A DNA stretch of 64,000 bases, taken from NCBI GenBank assembly GCA_030704615.1, contig CM060731.1:20088001-20152000 (forward strand). Direction: 5' to 3'. The translations under genes were made by a program, and so were the position numbers. The notes beneath the pieces are model-generated. The model had not been told where the DNA came from, searched no databases, and saw nothing but the letters and a program-made list of their open reading frames with translations. This DNA comes from Takakia lepidozioides (lineage: Eukaryota; Plantae; Bryophyta). This document shows, piece after piece, positions 24,305 to 37,300 of the stretch (the first letter of the stretch is position 1; each line of letters opens with the position of its first letter).

Positions 24305-27300
24305 ATGGCAGAGGGCGGCGTCAATAGCAATGGCTACCTGAATCATGAGGCAGCCCATAAAGCAGCAAATGATTCCGGATTCGGGGAGGACAGGGTGGCA
24401 GAACTTCGTTCCTTGCTAGGGAAAGCGGAGGGGGATGCTTTGCGTATTGTTGGCGTAGGTGCCGGTGCCTGGGGCAGCGTTTTCGTTGCTATGTTGCAAG
24501 ATGCTTTTGGATCCCTGCGCGATTCTGTCCAGGTAGGGGCTTAGTAGTTTCATTGTTTTGCTTGATTCATACTCAAATTTCCAGCCTCTGATGACAGTCA
24601 TGTTTGTATCCTGTCAATCTCTTCGTTATGATCACAGGTAGGGCGTTTTTGCGCTGATACAGGGCGCTGTGTGGATGCAGTGATCTCAGAATTGTCAACT
24701 CTCTGTCTGTCTCACTTCCCTTCTTCCTTCCCTCCCTTTTGTGAAGTACATACACACGTCAGAAAGAGTGGAATGGTCACTTCAGTTTGTGATGGTTTGG
24801 ATTGTCATGTGGTGCAGGTACGGATATGGCGGCGAGCAGGGAAAGCTGTGGACAGAGAAACAGCCGAGCATTTGTTTGAAGTGATAAATGCACGCGAGGA
24901 TGTTCTTCGGCGGCTTATACGTAAGTGCGCATATCTGAAGTACGTAGAAGCGCGATTGGGAGATCGAACACTGTATGCAGACGAGATTCTGCGTGACGGT
25001 TTCTGTATTAACATGGTTGATACCCCTCTCTGCCCTCTCAAGGTGGTAACCAATCTCCAGGAAGCAGTGTGGGATGCCGATGTTGTCATCAATGGTCTCC
25101 CTTCTACCGAGACACGCTCCGTTTTCCGACAAATTGGTCGCATCTGGCGGGACCGTCTCACTATGCCCATAATTATATCATTGGCTAAGGGTGTGGAGGC
25201 TGCACTTCAACCGGTGCCTCATATCATCACTCCCACACAAATGATTGTGGACACGAGTCAGTACTCTGTACCTGTTTCTTCCCACTTTGAACAAGACACA
25301 TAATCTTCAGTGATGAGTATGCTACTCATAGTTTTAGTTGGACCCAGATGTCTTGAAATTGTCAGGTCTTGCCATGTGGTTACCTGGATACCTTCCTTGG
25401 CAATGATAGCCTGGTCGTTGTCTACCTCAACTTTGGGGGGTGGTGCTGACGTGCTGACCTAGTTCAGTAATGCAGTACCTGCTTGAAGGTCAGCAGCTGA
25501 ACACATCCTATTTGGCAAATAGATGAGAGAGATGTGAGATTCTATGCTTGTTTATCGCTCATCCTTAGTTTACTTGTTTGTGGACAGCTGGGGTTCCGGA
25601 AGACAATGTGCTGTATCTAGGAGGCCCAAATATTGCATCAGAAGTATACAACAAGGAGTATGCCAATGCGCGCATCTGTGGGTCAGAAAAATGGAGAAAG
25701 CCCCTCGCCAAATTTTTGCGGCAGCCACATTTTATAGTTTGGGATAACAGTGACCTCACCACCCACGAGGTCATGGGTGGTCTCAAGAATGTGTACGCGA
25801 TGGGCGCAGGCATGTCTCCTTCTGATTGTGTTTATGATGCAACTCTGTAATGAAGCTGATGAATGATCCTAGATGATTTGGATTTACAGTGTTATATAAT
25901 GTTTGAACAGCTTGACTCCCAATTTTCCTTTTTGCAATCATGGAATGATGGTGTCCAATCAGAATAAGAAGCAATCCTTTGTCTTTAATGTAAGCTGAAT
26001 TCAGAGAATGTTGGTTGGAAAATTGTTCTATCCTTGCTGACAAAGATCATAGCCCATAGGACTGCCTTATTGGTTGTGCGGATGTGTTTGTTTACATATG
26101 TGCAAGCTGATTATGGACGCTCACCACTGTAAGAAACTTGTGTATGTGCAGGGATGGTAGGTGCTTTGACAAAAGAGAGTGCCACCAGCAAGGCAGTATA
26201 TTTTGCACTCTGCACATCAGAGATGATTTTCATAACACATTTGCTGGCTGAGCAGCCAGAACGATTAGCTGGCCCACTCCTAGCTGACACTTATGTCACA
26301 CTGCTCAAGGGTCGCAATGCATGGTACGGGGAGAAGCTCGCCAAAGGGGAGCTTACTATTGATATGGGTGATAGCATTACCGGCAAGGGTATGATTCAGG
26401 TCTGTTTTCTCGCCTGAAAGGCTGATTTATGTTCAATATTGTCACATGGGAGGATGGTCATCTCAGCTTATTAACTGTGATCTTCCTACAGCACGTTAGT
26501 TCTAGAGCCTCCTCCTCTTCTCTTGCAGGCTTTTCTTGCAGGTCACCGAATGGATGTTGAGGTGTAGATAAGGTGAAGACATGAAGATCCAGTGAAGACA
26601 TGAACTTTGTAGGATTATTTTCATAGATGGAACAACCATGATGGTTGTCCAATACCCAGGGTTTAGGGTCAAACCTGCTTTCCTCACTTTTTGGCTGTCT
26701 TCAGGACAGTTGAATAATCTGGCAGATCATGGTACGAAAATATAGACTGGAATAGGCTGCTCAGCTAAGAGGGTGAGCATGACGAGCTGAAAGGTGGGCG
26801 ATTTGCTCAAAGCTAGCAGGTGTGCTTTGGTCTGTGGCTGTGTCTCATTACGTTGCCAATGCACGAACGTCCTTACAAAGTAATTCCAGGGTTCACTGTC
26901 TTTGAAGATTCTGGGCCGCAGTCTCTTCTGGAACTTAGAAAGCACAGTATTGAACTCCAGGCATTGGGAAGTTGTTGGGCAACAATCCAATGGTAATCCA
27001 CTGTGTAATTAGCAGAGGTACAGCAGTTTCCTTGTGGGGCCTTAACAACTTGATTGCCTTCGTCTGGTTCTTCTTTGCACTAGGTTCTGAGGACACCTCA
27101 CAATCCGCATGTCAGATGTCTAAACCTGGCCCTGAGTACTTCAGTCTCCAATATGTGAAACAAGAGACGTTACTTCACCCACCCAATATAGGCAGTAAAA
27201 AGCATCAAACGGTAAGTGCTTTACTGTGCAGCTGACTGTGACCACCTAATTGATGCATGCATGATGGTGATTTCAGGGAGTGTCAGCAGTGAAAGCCTTC

Positions 27301-27853
27301 CATGAGTTGCTTCGGCAACCCAGCCTAAGTGTGATGCATCCTGAGTTGCATACATCAGTCACCCCTGTGGAGCTGTGTCCCATCTTGCAAACGCTGTACA
27401 AGATCTTAATTTTACGGTGCGTTTTGGAAGCAGGACCTTACCTTTATTTCATTCCCATGATTGATCAGCCTGTATTAGAATTGCACTTCTCTTTCTTTGA
27501 GCTTCTTGTCGTTCGATTGTTGTGTCCCTCTGCAGCTAAGAGTTAAAACACATGCAGGTTCTGGATTGACTTTTCTACCTCTGCCGAAGTTGTCTTTGTG
27601 ATACGTCTGTAAACCATTGACAAATTGTTGAGCCATACTGACAGGAAAACACTGGCTGGCCAAATTTTTGTTCAGGAATGCACCTCCGTCAGCCATTTTG
27701 CAAGCGTTGAGAGATGAGAATATGTTCGACCCACGGCATCGTATTGAGATACAGGATGTCTTCATGCCCCAACTGTTACATGTTCCCTTCTTGGGAAAGG
27801 GCTTGGGAAAGGGCTTCTTTGATGATGGTCCACCATCGCCTGTTGTCATGTGA
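24305..27853 (+). CDS. GPDHc: Cytosolic NAD-dependent glycerol-3-phosphate dehydrogenase; exons 24305-24532, 24818-25256, 25588-25809, 26152-26399, 27277-27416, 27676-27853
   Basis: [13 protein letters not shown] Rossmann motif, [40 protein letters not shown]; continuous frame after splicing. Confidence 0.95.
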
Positions 27854-28415
27854 TGTGGGGTTGTGTATTGGAAGATGAAGCCTTGTGATGCAAAGTACAT
27901 CTTAGCTCCTCTCTCCAGTAATGGCTGTTTATATGTGGTTATATAGAATTGAAGGATGGATATCCTCATATAAGTGGTGGGTCTGGTGCGCGGAACAGTG
28001 TTACCTTCAAAATTTCAAAGATCTTGACAGTTAGGTGATCTTTTGATGGGAAGGCATCGCACAAGCAGTAATGGCTCTACCTCTTTGGAAGTAAAGATTC
28101 ATTACAAATAGTGATACACACAAGAGTCAAGTATGACTTACTGGAGCTTTTCCCGAATGTGTAATGACAGAAGGGTCTAGGAACTTGTTTACCAGTGAAC
28201 TTTGTCAAGGTCTGTGGTAGCGCATTTCAATACCAAATTAGCAGTACCTGAAGAAAATCTTCCTGTGATTGTTTTGCTACAGTTGTTTTGTATTGCTCTG
28301 TTATAAAGATAACGCCAGACTCCACAAGTGAGCGGAGCAATGCACAAACTTAATGATAAGCCTAGTTCTCCGCCTAGGCAAGATGTCTCCACAATGCCTC
28401 TATCCTTTGGGGGAC

Positions 28416-28640
28416 AGAGCCAACAATCCTACTAAATAAGAAAGGTGACCCCACTGACCTAAACAATTATCGCCCTACTGCTCTTGCTAACAGTACCATA
28501 TGCAAACTATTTACCAGCACTCGCACCACCCTCCTCTCCAACTATGACGTACATCACCACATTCTACATGACTCCCAAGAGGGCTTGAGCTGTCAGGAGT
28601 ACCACCCGTCAATTCATTACATCTGCTCTCAAAGACGCCT
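28416..28640 (+). mobile_element. Degenerate non-LTR reverse-transcriptase fragment (different family)
   Basis: TILLNKKGDPTDLNNYRPTALAN..KLFTS..LLSNY..ILHDSQEG corresponds to RT subdomains 1-2. Confidence 0.75.
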
Positions 28641-28829
28641 ACTTAAAAAGAACACTTGAGTCTAAGTAGTCATAACGAGCTGAGGGCAATCTGGAATATC
28701 CATACCAGGTGGTGAGGATCCATACCAGGTTGGATTGTAGAAACTTGTACTATCCATATTTAGTAGAGTCATTGGTGCCAGTAAGAAAGTAGTAAAGGGA
28801 ATAACGAAAGAACTCATGAATACCTGCCT

Positions 28830-30030
28830 CTTTCCCCAGCATCTGGTAAATTTCTGGCTTTAGTATCCCATCTGCTGGGACAATGTGCTCATGTCTGATT
28901 CAAATTACCAAACCACAACTGAATTCTCTTGGAGCTGGAACCTCATAGTTACTGTATAAGACGAGATCAGGAAACTGGCAGTGACAACCTGCACGAATTG
29001 CTTGTGCGGCTTAAAGGGACGTTCCTTAACTCGTCAACCCTGAACTGGTTGGGGTGAGAAGGGAGAAAGCCGTGCAGTGCGTCCTAGAGTTCCCAGCACC
29101 CACGTTGCCATCATCCAGTGTACATCATTAGTGATAAAGACCTTTTCACATTTGCAGAGGGTTTACTCAACATGTCAATGACATCCCACACTGACTAACG
29201 ACCCCTCCACATCATCTGTGGATTGTCTGATCGCAAGGTCGCCATTCGGAAGGCAGGCTCTTCAGACCCATGACTCAAACCCCCCAGTTCTCCGATTGTA
29301 CACGGGCATTAGTTGGGTTCAGTGTCACATCCTCAGTATCTTCCATCAGCTCTGAATGTGTAATCATCTTCTCCTCGTTAACTACAACTTCTGGCTTTGG
29401 CTCTGGGGACCAGTGCCCATCTTTAAGCCCTGACTGAGAGTCATGGTGCCTAAGAATCTACAAAAACAAACCGGAAGCTGATACTTTTCGCATTCTTCAT
29501 TACCTCGTCCTGGATGGCAAAAATCTCAGAAAGTCCTCTGGAGATATCCACTGTAGAAGCACCTGTATCCCCTCAGGCATTGAGACCACTTCTCCGTGAG
29601 CGAATCCCTCCATCCTCTGGTGACAACACCCCAATAGTCGAAGGTTTGGATTTACTTTGGGCGGCCTGTACAACATCCAAATTGTTTGCATGTGTTTTCC
29701 ACCATCCTCTTTTCGCTCCTTGATACAGAGAATGTTGTCCACTCCTGTGAGAATCTTGGACGACTTCTGAACCCCGTCAAGATGATTGGCCTTCTTCCAC
29801 ATGGCTACACACACTGTGCAGCGCTCAGACTAACTCAGGAATCGGAGGCACATCCGCAACCCCCCCATGGCTCCTTATCGTGCTCTTTCCAGTTCCCAAA
29901 CAAGGCCTTCAGCGTCTTACTTACCACACAGTTGTAGACTCATCTGAACTCCTGCGGAACCACTTCCTCCCGCGCAGTTGGACTCACGGTTCCCGAGCGC
30001 CTCCGCCATCGAAGCTCAGCAGCCAGCACG
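28830..30030 (-). pseudogene. Decayed coding-like sequence, family not recognised
   Basis: Long minus-strand frame ~29940-29504 broken only by TGA codons and ending at a GTAATG donor, followed by a further exon-like acidic stretch. Confidence 0.3.
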
Positions 30031-30596
30031 TAGCTCTCAGTTGTAGTATAAATAATTAATTCTCGTAAACAGCTCCGTGGTGACAATGGGTTCAAAACCA
30101 GCCCAAAGTCTCCCATGTGTGTTAAGGAAGAAATTTATGGGATGGTTTCAAATTGCCTTCGTGTGTTGTTGCAGCTTCCGCTGGAGGCACAGCCACGCAT
30201 CTTTCTCCCTGTCCGCATCGAAGCTGGCTATGGGTGCAGGGGAATCCATGAACAACAAGAGACTTTGAGGATAGGGATGGAGACTCTCCAGTACCTTGGC
30301 TGCTTACGTTCCCCATGTGGGATGGCCCTCTCACGCAAGCAGCAGATGCAGCACACAACACCCAATTCAGATGCCTACACACTGGATGCACACCGCCACA
30401 GCAAAGCCCCCGAACCCACCTTGATCAACACCGCCCTCCACCCAACCCTCCTTGCACCTTCACGTTCGCTTCCATCTTTCCTTCCTGCAACCAACATCCG
30501 TCCACACTTCTATTACTGTCTCTTCACAGAGACTCACAGGCACTTGGATGTCGCATACAACCCATTACTTACCTTGATGCTGCTTAGCAGTGCTCT

Positions 30597-31359
30597 TTTT
30601 CTTTGTTTCTTTGTTTTTTTGTTTTTTAAAAGGAAACCTGGGAGCCACAGCCCACAATTCAGGCCCTTGAGGAGGGGGAAAGATTAACCCCCTTTCATTT
30701 ATGGGCCATGGAGACCTACAGGACGAACAACGCTACCTTAGGAAATGAGCTGAAAGAAAACTCAACAAAACTAGTATCGACATACAGGTGAGAGCAGCGC
30801 AGGTCCTGCCAATTTACTCCACAAGCTAGAGTAGATAGAGTTTGAACCTGTTCAAAAGGTTAAAGCTCACTCAACAGGAAACTCTCACCACCAAGATATG
30901 ATCTAACCTGTATCATTTGTCAACAAAGTTTGTCTTCACACCTCCTTCCACCACTTCGAAGTGCACTTCACGGAGGTGCTCTGAATCCATATAGTACTCA
31001 AACCTGTTGAAGAAGTTGACTTGGAGGAGGCCCTCCTCAGATCCAGCAAGATCTTTTATGGCCTCCACCAGCACAGCCACAATCTGTGTCTTGCGAGTAC
31101 TGGCCATCAGGCAGTCGGCACACTCAATGCGAAAAAATTATCATTCAGTACACTCTATGGCCTGCAATGCGAACCGGTGCCTGAGGCAGTAAAATTCAGA
31201 ATCCAGTATGTAGAGTGCAACATCAGTAATAAGAAGCACACGACGCACCATCTTGGCTCTCCGGTTCACTTTCATAACATTGTCTGCAAATAGCACAAGC
31301 CTGTCTCCTTGCTTAGAGGAGCTTCACGATGTGATAGTTAGATCCTCTGCCGTCGCCAT
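30597..31359 (-). pseudogene. Processed pseudogene of a plant Myosin_TH1-domain protein fused to a retroelement 3' end
   Basis: KQGDRLVLFADNVMKVNR..RRVLLITDVALYILD..DNFFAL..LMASTRKTQIVAVLVEA..FEVVEGGVKT* (stop 30913), intronless and frameshifted. A-rich tail; direct repeat CAGTGCTCT at 30588-30596 and 31360-31368. Confidence 0.8.
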
Positions 31360-31784
31360 CAGTGCTCTAAAGATCACTACGGTGAATACTTTTCACTTGT
31401 TATCAATATTTTTTTCTTTTTCCTTTTTGTTTCTTTTATGAAAAATTTGCCGCATTCTATTGATGGGATCTTTTTACATATTGAGATGATAACTTTTTCA
31501 ACTAAGTTGTGTCATACTTTTCAGAAAAGCTAAATTGATGTGCAAAAGAGAAGCCAAAAGCACACGAGACAAAATGTATATAAGGATCCAATTTTCTATT
31601 GTATTTCACACTTCATCCTTTACTTGTTCTCTTCCTTCTTAGCTCTTGGTCTTTGTTGCTAACATAGTTTGGTAGCTCTTTCCCTCCCTGATTTGGCTTA
31701 CTTGGGGGTAGTGTTGCTCCTCAATAGTTTTAGAATCTAGCTGTTCTCATCAAGTTTGGGGTGTGTAGTCTTATATTGGTGGCA

Positions 31785-32972
31785 ATGGTGATTACTATGC
31801 ATAGTATGATACAAGGTTTGCCGTTGCTTTTGGTGATCTTAGCTTCGGCTTTCAATCCGGTCAAATCAGTTTGTCCATCGGGTGCCGTGTTCATGTTCGG
31901 AGACTCGCTTTCCGACACTGGAAATGATCAACTAGCATTTCCATCGAACCAACAAGTACACCTGAACAAACCTTACGGAGAAACATTTTTTGGACATCCA
32001 GCAGGTCGCTTTTCAAATGGGCGTATTGTCGTTGATTTTGTCGCTCACGCCTTTGGACTACCCTTCCTCACCCCAATTCAAGCATATGTAACAAACCGTA
32101 CCAACTCCAATTTTCGACATGGGATTAATTTCGCTTACGCTGGAGCTACTGCACGAAACGATGACTACTTGGTTCCATATCATCTCGAGCTTCAAGTTGA
32201 ACAATTTTTGGACTTCAAAACCAATGCAAAATCAAAATTGCCAAGAGAAGCGATACCCACTTCAGAAAATTATGAAAATGGATTATATATTATACACGCT
32301 GGGGGCAACGATTTCTCATATCAATATCTTCGACACATGGGACCTACAAAGGTCATGAAACATATTGTGCCTCAATCGGTGGCTGCAGTTTCAGCAGCTA
32401 CAGAGAATTTATACAACGCAGGGGCTAGACATTTTTTCATTTACAACAATCCTGCCGAAGGTTGCTCCACTATTTTCCTCTCAAATTGGGGCACTCCTGA
32501 GGTTTCGAGAGATGAGCATGGGTGTTTGATTCCTTTTAATGAGGTTGTTCTAACCTACAACAAGGGCTTAAAATATATGATTCAAGATCTCCAGCAACGG
32601 CTTCCGGGAATTTCTATTCATTTCGGTCGATATTATGACATCAATGTGGACATTGTGAAGAATCCACAAAAATATGGATTTCCGAAAGAGAATATATTCC
32701 AAGCGGCTTGTGGGTACGGACATCCGTACGATTTCAATTTGGATGCTATGTGCGGAAACATTAACGCAACAGTGGGAGGGAAAGTTGTACGTTTAGATGT
32801 ATATAAATCTAGAGATCCCAACAACTATATTATGTGGGATGGAGTACACTTTACAGAGGCCTTTTACAAGATTATAGCAAAGTCATTTTTGACAGGAGAA
32901 TATTTAGAGCCGCCCACCAATTTCATGGCAGAATGCAAGTTGAACGGCGAATATTTTGCAAAAGGAATGTGA
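31785..32972 (+). CDS. Secreted GDSL esterase/lipase, single exon
   Basis: Signal peptide, FGDSLSDTGN, GRFSNG, NFAYAGA, GGND, WDGVHFTE; uninterrupted ORF. Confidence 0.95.
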   Translation: MVITMHSMIQGLPLLLVILASAFNPVKSVCPSGAVFMFGDSLSDTGNDQLAFPSNQQVHLNKPYGETFFGHPAGRFSNGRIVVDFVAHAFGLPFLTPIQAYVTNRTNSNFRHGINFAYAGATARNDDYLVPYHLELQVEQFLDFKTNAKSKLPREAIPTSENYENGLYIIHAGGNDFSYQYLRHMGPTKVMKHIVPQSVAAVSAATENLYNAGARHFFIYNNPAEGCSTIFLSNWGTPEVSRDEHGCLIPFNEVVLTYNKGLKYMIQDLQQRLPGISIHFGRYYDINVDIVKNPQKYGFPKENIFQAACGYGHPYDFNLDAMCGNINATVGGKVVRLDVYKSRDPNNYIMWDGVHFTEAFYKIIAKSFLTGEYLEPPTNFMAECKLNGEYFAKGM

Positions 32973-34328
32973 TCTATTTAGCGCTCATGAATTGAGGATG
33001 GATCAGTTTTTGTCCATGGTTGTAGATTCCCAATTGTGTTTGAAATTGTGCAATAAAATATAACAGTGCTTTGTGCTTTGTGATCTACCTGTTCTCTCTG
33101 AGAGGCAAGGAACTTGGTAAGTTAGTGAGGATGGGTCTCTAGAGGGCTTAGCAAACATTTAATATCACACACTTACAAACAAGATGAAATGCTCTCTGTC
33201 AAGTCTTCACTTCTATTTGGACATCATTTGCATGTCAAAGTAACATGGCAGGCTGTTGCAGCCGAGCATCCATATGTGTTGCTTTGGTCCAAAGAATGTT
33301 TATGCTCTAAGTATTTATCCTCTGATCTGTGTTCTAATTTGCTTGACCCTTTTCTCTACATAGGGATTCACCATTCCGTCTTCAACTTCCACCTCCTTCT
33401 TTAGAACAATTGTCTCAGTTGGCACAGATCCATTACCAGGCTGATTACTTATGGCTGATTACTTATGGGTTTTGTGAGTCACACACAAATGAAGAAAGGG
33501 ATGTGAGTGACACAACCATGCCCACCGAATAGAAAAATGTGACGCCTCCCAAAGGAAGTGTAAATTATGGTGTCTCCTGACCCTGAAAGGCTATTGCATT
33601 CTGGCAGATGGTGGACTGGACACCTTTGTGATACCAATTGGTTTGTTCAACCCACAACCACTTTGGAGGTGGTATGTTCCCATTACCACTTGGCAACAAC
33701 TTGGTTGTCCAGTGTCGCAAAAGAGTGGAAAGGAGAGAGGTACAGGCACATACATAATGCTTAGGAAGGATTACCGCCATTGTGGTAATGCTCGAAACGA
33801 TATCCATGGAGGTTCCCATGCCATGTGGCGTGGGCTATGGCATGGCTGTGGGCAGTGGAGCGCTGGCAGTTTCTTGCTGGCCCAGTCTCGCGATTTTTGT
33901 GTCATAATAAGATGACAAGGTGCCATTGTGCGCCGGTTGGGGGAGATCAGAGTTTTTCCTCTTGGATTGAGCTTGCGAAGTCTTCATCTCAATTGTGCCC
34001 AAGTCGTGGGGAGAAGCTGAATTCAGCATCGAAGTATTCCTCCAAATTGTGAGCCAGTTGTTTGCGAAGAGTGTTGAGGTTGAAATTGTTATTGTAAATC
34101 CTGGGGAATTTTTCACTGGGTTTGGGGCTCAAAGTCTTCCTCTTTCAGACGCAGAGGATGCCTTGTATTGGCCATCGAAATGCCCTACGACACTCTTTGT
34201 GTGTGCCGAGCTTTGCACGGATTGTAGATAGGAGCCTTGTTTCTGCATCAATATCCTCTCTGTGAATTCAGGCTGTTGTTTCTGTTCTGCTGGCTCTTCT
34301 AGTTACCTCGGATTCTTGGCGCTGTCCA

Positions 34329-37300
34329 ATGACGACATTGGGGTATGCCACGGCAGCGATATGTGTTGCCCCATGTGCCAGATTGCAACGAGCTGCGAGG
34401 GCGCGTGGGAGCCGAACGAAAGTCTCCATGAGGACCGCAGCGCGCCGACAGGCCCAAAGTACACGACTCTCTCTGTTGTTGGCCCTCTCATCCCAGGCTG
34501 CTGCCCAATCTCAACGCTGTAATTCCTTTTTCCCGTGGTTTCACTGTACTCCTCCCTTTTTCCTGCCGTAGCGAGCGCACATGTTTTGGGCCACACTAAA
34601 ACGGACAATTTTGCGGGGCTCTGATAATGGCGAACTGCACCGGGCCAACGAGACCTCCACAGCTTTCCTGGGTCAGATGTCCACATGTTTTATTTCTGTG
34701 TTGCTGGTCAGCTCAGTGTTGTCTTCTCACGATGAATTGGTGGTAGTCCTCCAAGTGCAGTTATTTGTATGGTTTCAATCTTATTGGTAAAGAATCAGCT
34801 CTCTTCTTTTGTACCTAGTAAAGGGCAGGCAGGAGATTCGCCCAAACTTTGCTCAGAATGGAAGAGGAGTGAAAGAGAGAGCACAATTTGACTTTTGTTA
34901 GTGACTAAAGAACTGTCTGTGGACAAAGAGATACTGGAATTTAACATCGATTGCTCACCTTGACATCCGTAGGCAAAATTGATGGTCTACCCATGTGATT
35001 ATTGCCTTGAATTGGAATGGGTACACCTCCAACTGCAAAACTACCTAACTCCTTACTCAAGAATACATATTTTCATTCTTTTACCAATCTTCCTGTAGTA
35101 CTACTACTACTGTACAGAGTTTTTGGTTTGCAGTGCAGATAGATACACCACACGGTTGTCGCAGTTGTGTGTTCAGCTTGTGTTGAGTCATGTGGGGTGA
35201 TAACAACTGGGCTATGGAGTTGCACCAAGGTTACTATCATATACAAGGGTCTCCTTTTGGGATTAACATTTGTTGTTGATTGTTGGAGGTTGGGTCAGTT
35301 AGACATTCCTGGAGTCATAGGCTCTGTTAGAAACTTTGCTGAATCAGAGTAGTCACGTGTTTAATATTTTGCATATTGATTGTCTTGAGCAGCAATTGCG
35401 GATTTGGCAACAGAAGTAGCAAAGTATGTCAATCCAGCCAAAAGGGATGCCAGAAGTTTGGAGGAAGCTCTTATGAGTGGTGAGATGCATGTTTTTTCCC
35501 TGTAGGTGAGATTCTAGTGAGGCTCTATCTGGCATTGTTCCAGAGGAAGCGTTACAAATTTAAGGGTTCAATGGGTGTGTACCTTTATTTGCAAATTGCA
35601 GCGCTGGAAGTGGGAAGAAGAATGGGGGGAAGACTAGTTGACCCTCTATATGGTACAACTGTAAGATCTTAAATGGTTGGTCCATAGTTGCTTCTGCATA
35701 TTTGGCTTGTTGTTTGTACGGTGGGTTTCTTGTCGGATGCATGTTAACTATTCTGAGTTGGGTACATTGTGGGGCTTTGGGGCAAGCAGTGCCGGACTTA
35801 GAGACTGTACCATACACCCTAGTTCGGAGGGAGCAAGATTATGAAATCAGGGAAGTTGAGGTGAGGGTGCATCTTTCTCCTCTGGATTCAACATTTGGCC
35901 CATAGTTTGGAACAAGGACATACTAGGGGTGCTGTAGTTGTGGAGACAATGGCCTTTGAAGGAGCCATACTCTAACTCTAGAGAAGTTCCTATGTTTGCA
36001 GCTAAGTAATATGGTTGTAAGCTCTTTTTGTGGGTACCACTTATCATCGATGTCATCCTAAAATTCACAGAAATTTTCATCCGATGGCTGACTGAGGTTG
36101 ATCAGCACAAAAGCATGAGCATTGTAAGAGCCATTTGAGAACCATTTGCTTTGAGGTTGATTTGTAGATGTTGCATACAATCTTTTAGGGCTCACTTGTG
36201 GAGAACAGTCGTATGTGGTAGCAGAAACCATTATGCCAGGGCGGAGTGGCTTTGACTTCGCTGGTTCAGGCCAGGCCTTCAACACCCTTGCAGCTTACCT
36301 CTTTGGCAAGGTAGGATACGACCTTACTTTGACTACACAGCCATCTATCTGCTTCCTACTTGGTGTGCACAACTGCTTGTTGGACTAACCAGTTTGCTAG
36401 TATTTACAGAGACACCTGTAACACAGAAATGCAAGAAAGAACCTGAAGAACAAAAATGACTTATGATTATGTTGCAACAACCAAGTGAGACAAGGAGAGT
36501 CTTTCGCACCGAGGGAGGGTGCCCATAACACCTTGGCAACATCAGCCCTAGATTCATTCCCACGTGCGGGTCATAGACATTTGACTGCATACCCTGCCAA
36601 ATGTCAAAACTTATTCCCCCTAAGCTCAGGGGAGCTTGAGCATTGCTTGATCATTGACTGATTTCCTTACTTTGTGTCTAAGCATAACTACAGATTTATT
36701 GAGCTCACAAACAAAATGTTATCCAGTTATTGACATTTGGTGTCTGATCCAAAGCCTTGGTTTTTGTTAAGCTCGTCGAAGCTTTATGAATTGCTCATCT
36801 GCTCATTAACCTTAGCTTTCACTATTTACTGAGAGGTTCACAGACTCAGTCCGTCCCAATAATGGAGTTGTTGATTTTACCAAACTAGTACGTCGTAAAG
36901 CATGAACCTTTGCAGTAGGGAGATCCTTGCATGTGGAGAGAAGTTAACTCATGTCAGATGTGTTTCTTTCTTATACATTTATTTGAGAGATGTGGAAAGG
37001 GGTACCGTGAACTGCAAGACAAAGAGTAGGGAGCAAGTACAACTGTTTCTCACTCTTATGCTAGGATGTAGGCTAAGAGACAGTAGTGTTGGTGGATCAT
37101 GTTGCGAGCAGAACACAAAGCAGACAGAAATGGCAATGACAACACCAGTGGTCACAAAAAGGGAAGATCCTGAAGGTGAAAAGATGGAGATGACCACCCC
37201 TGTGCTTCAGCAGGTATGACCACTTTTTAATATGGTGAACCAATGGATGTACATCTCTGTATCAGAGGAATTTATATGTATATATATCCAGGGAAATACC

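Noticed and set aside
33560-34300. Several overlapping short ORFs upstream of the SOUL gene
   Set aside because: No recognisable domain or consistent splice structure.
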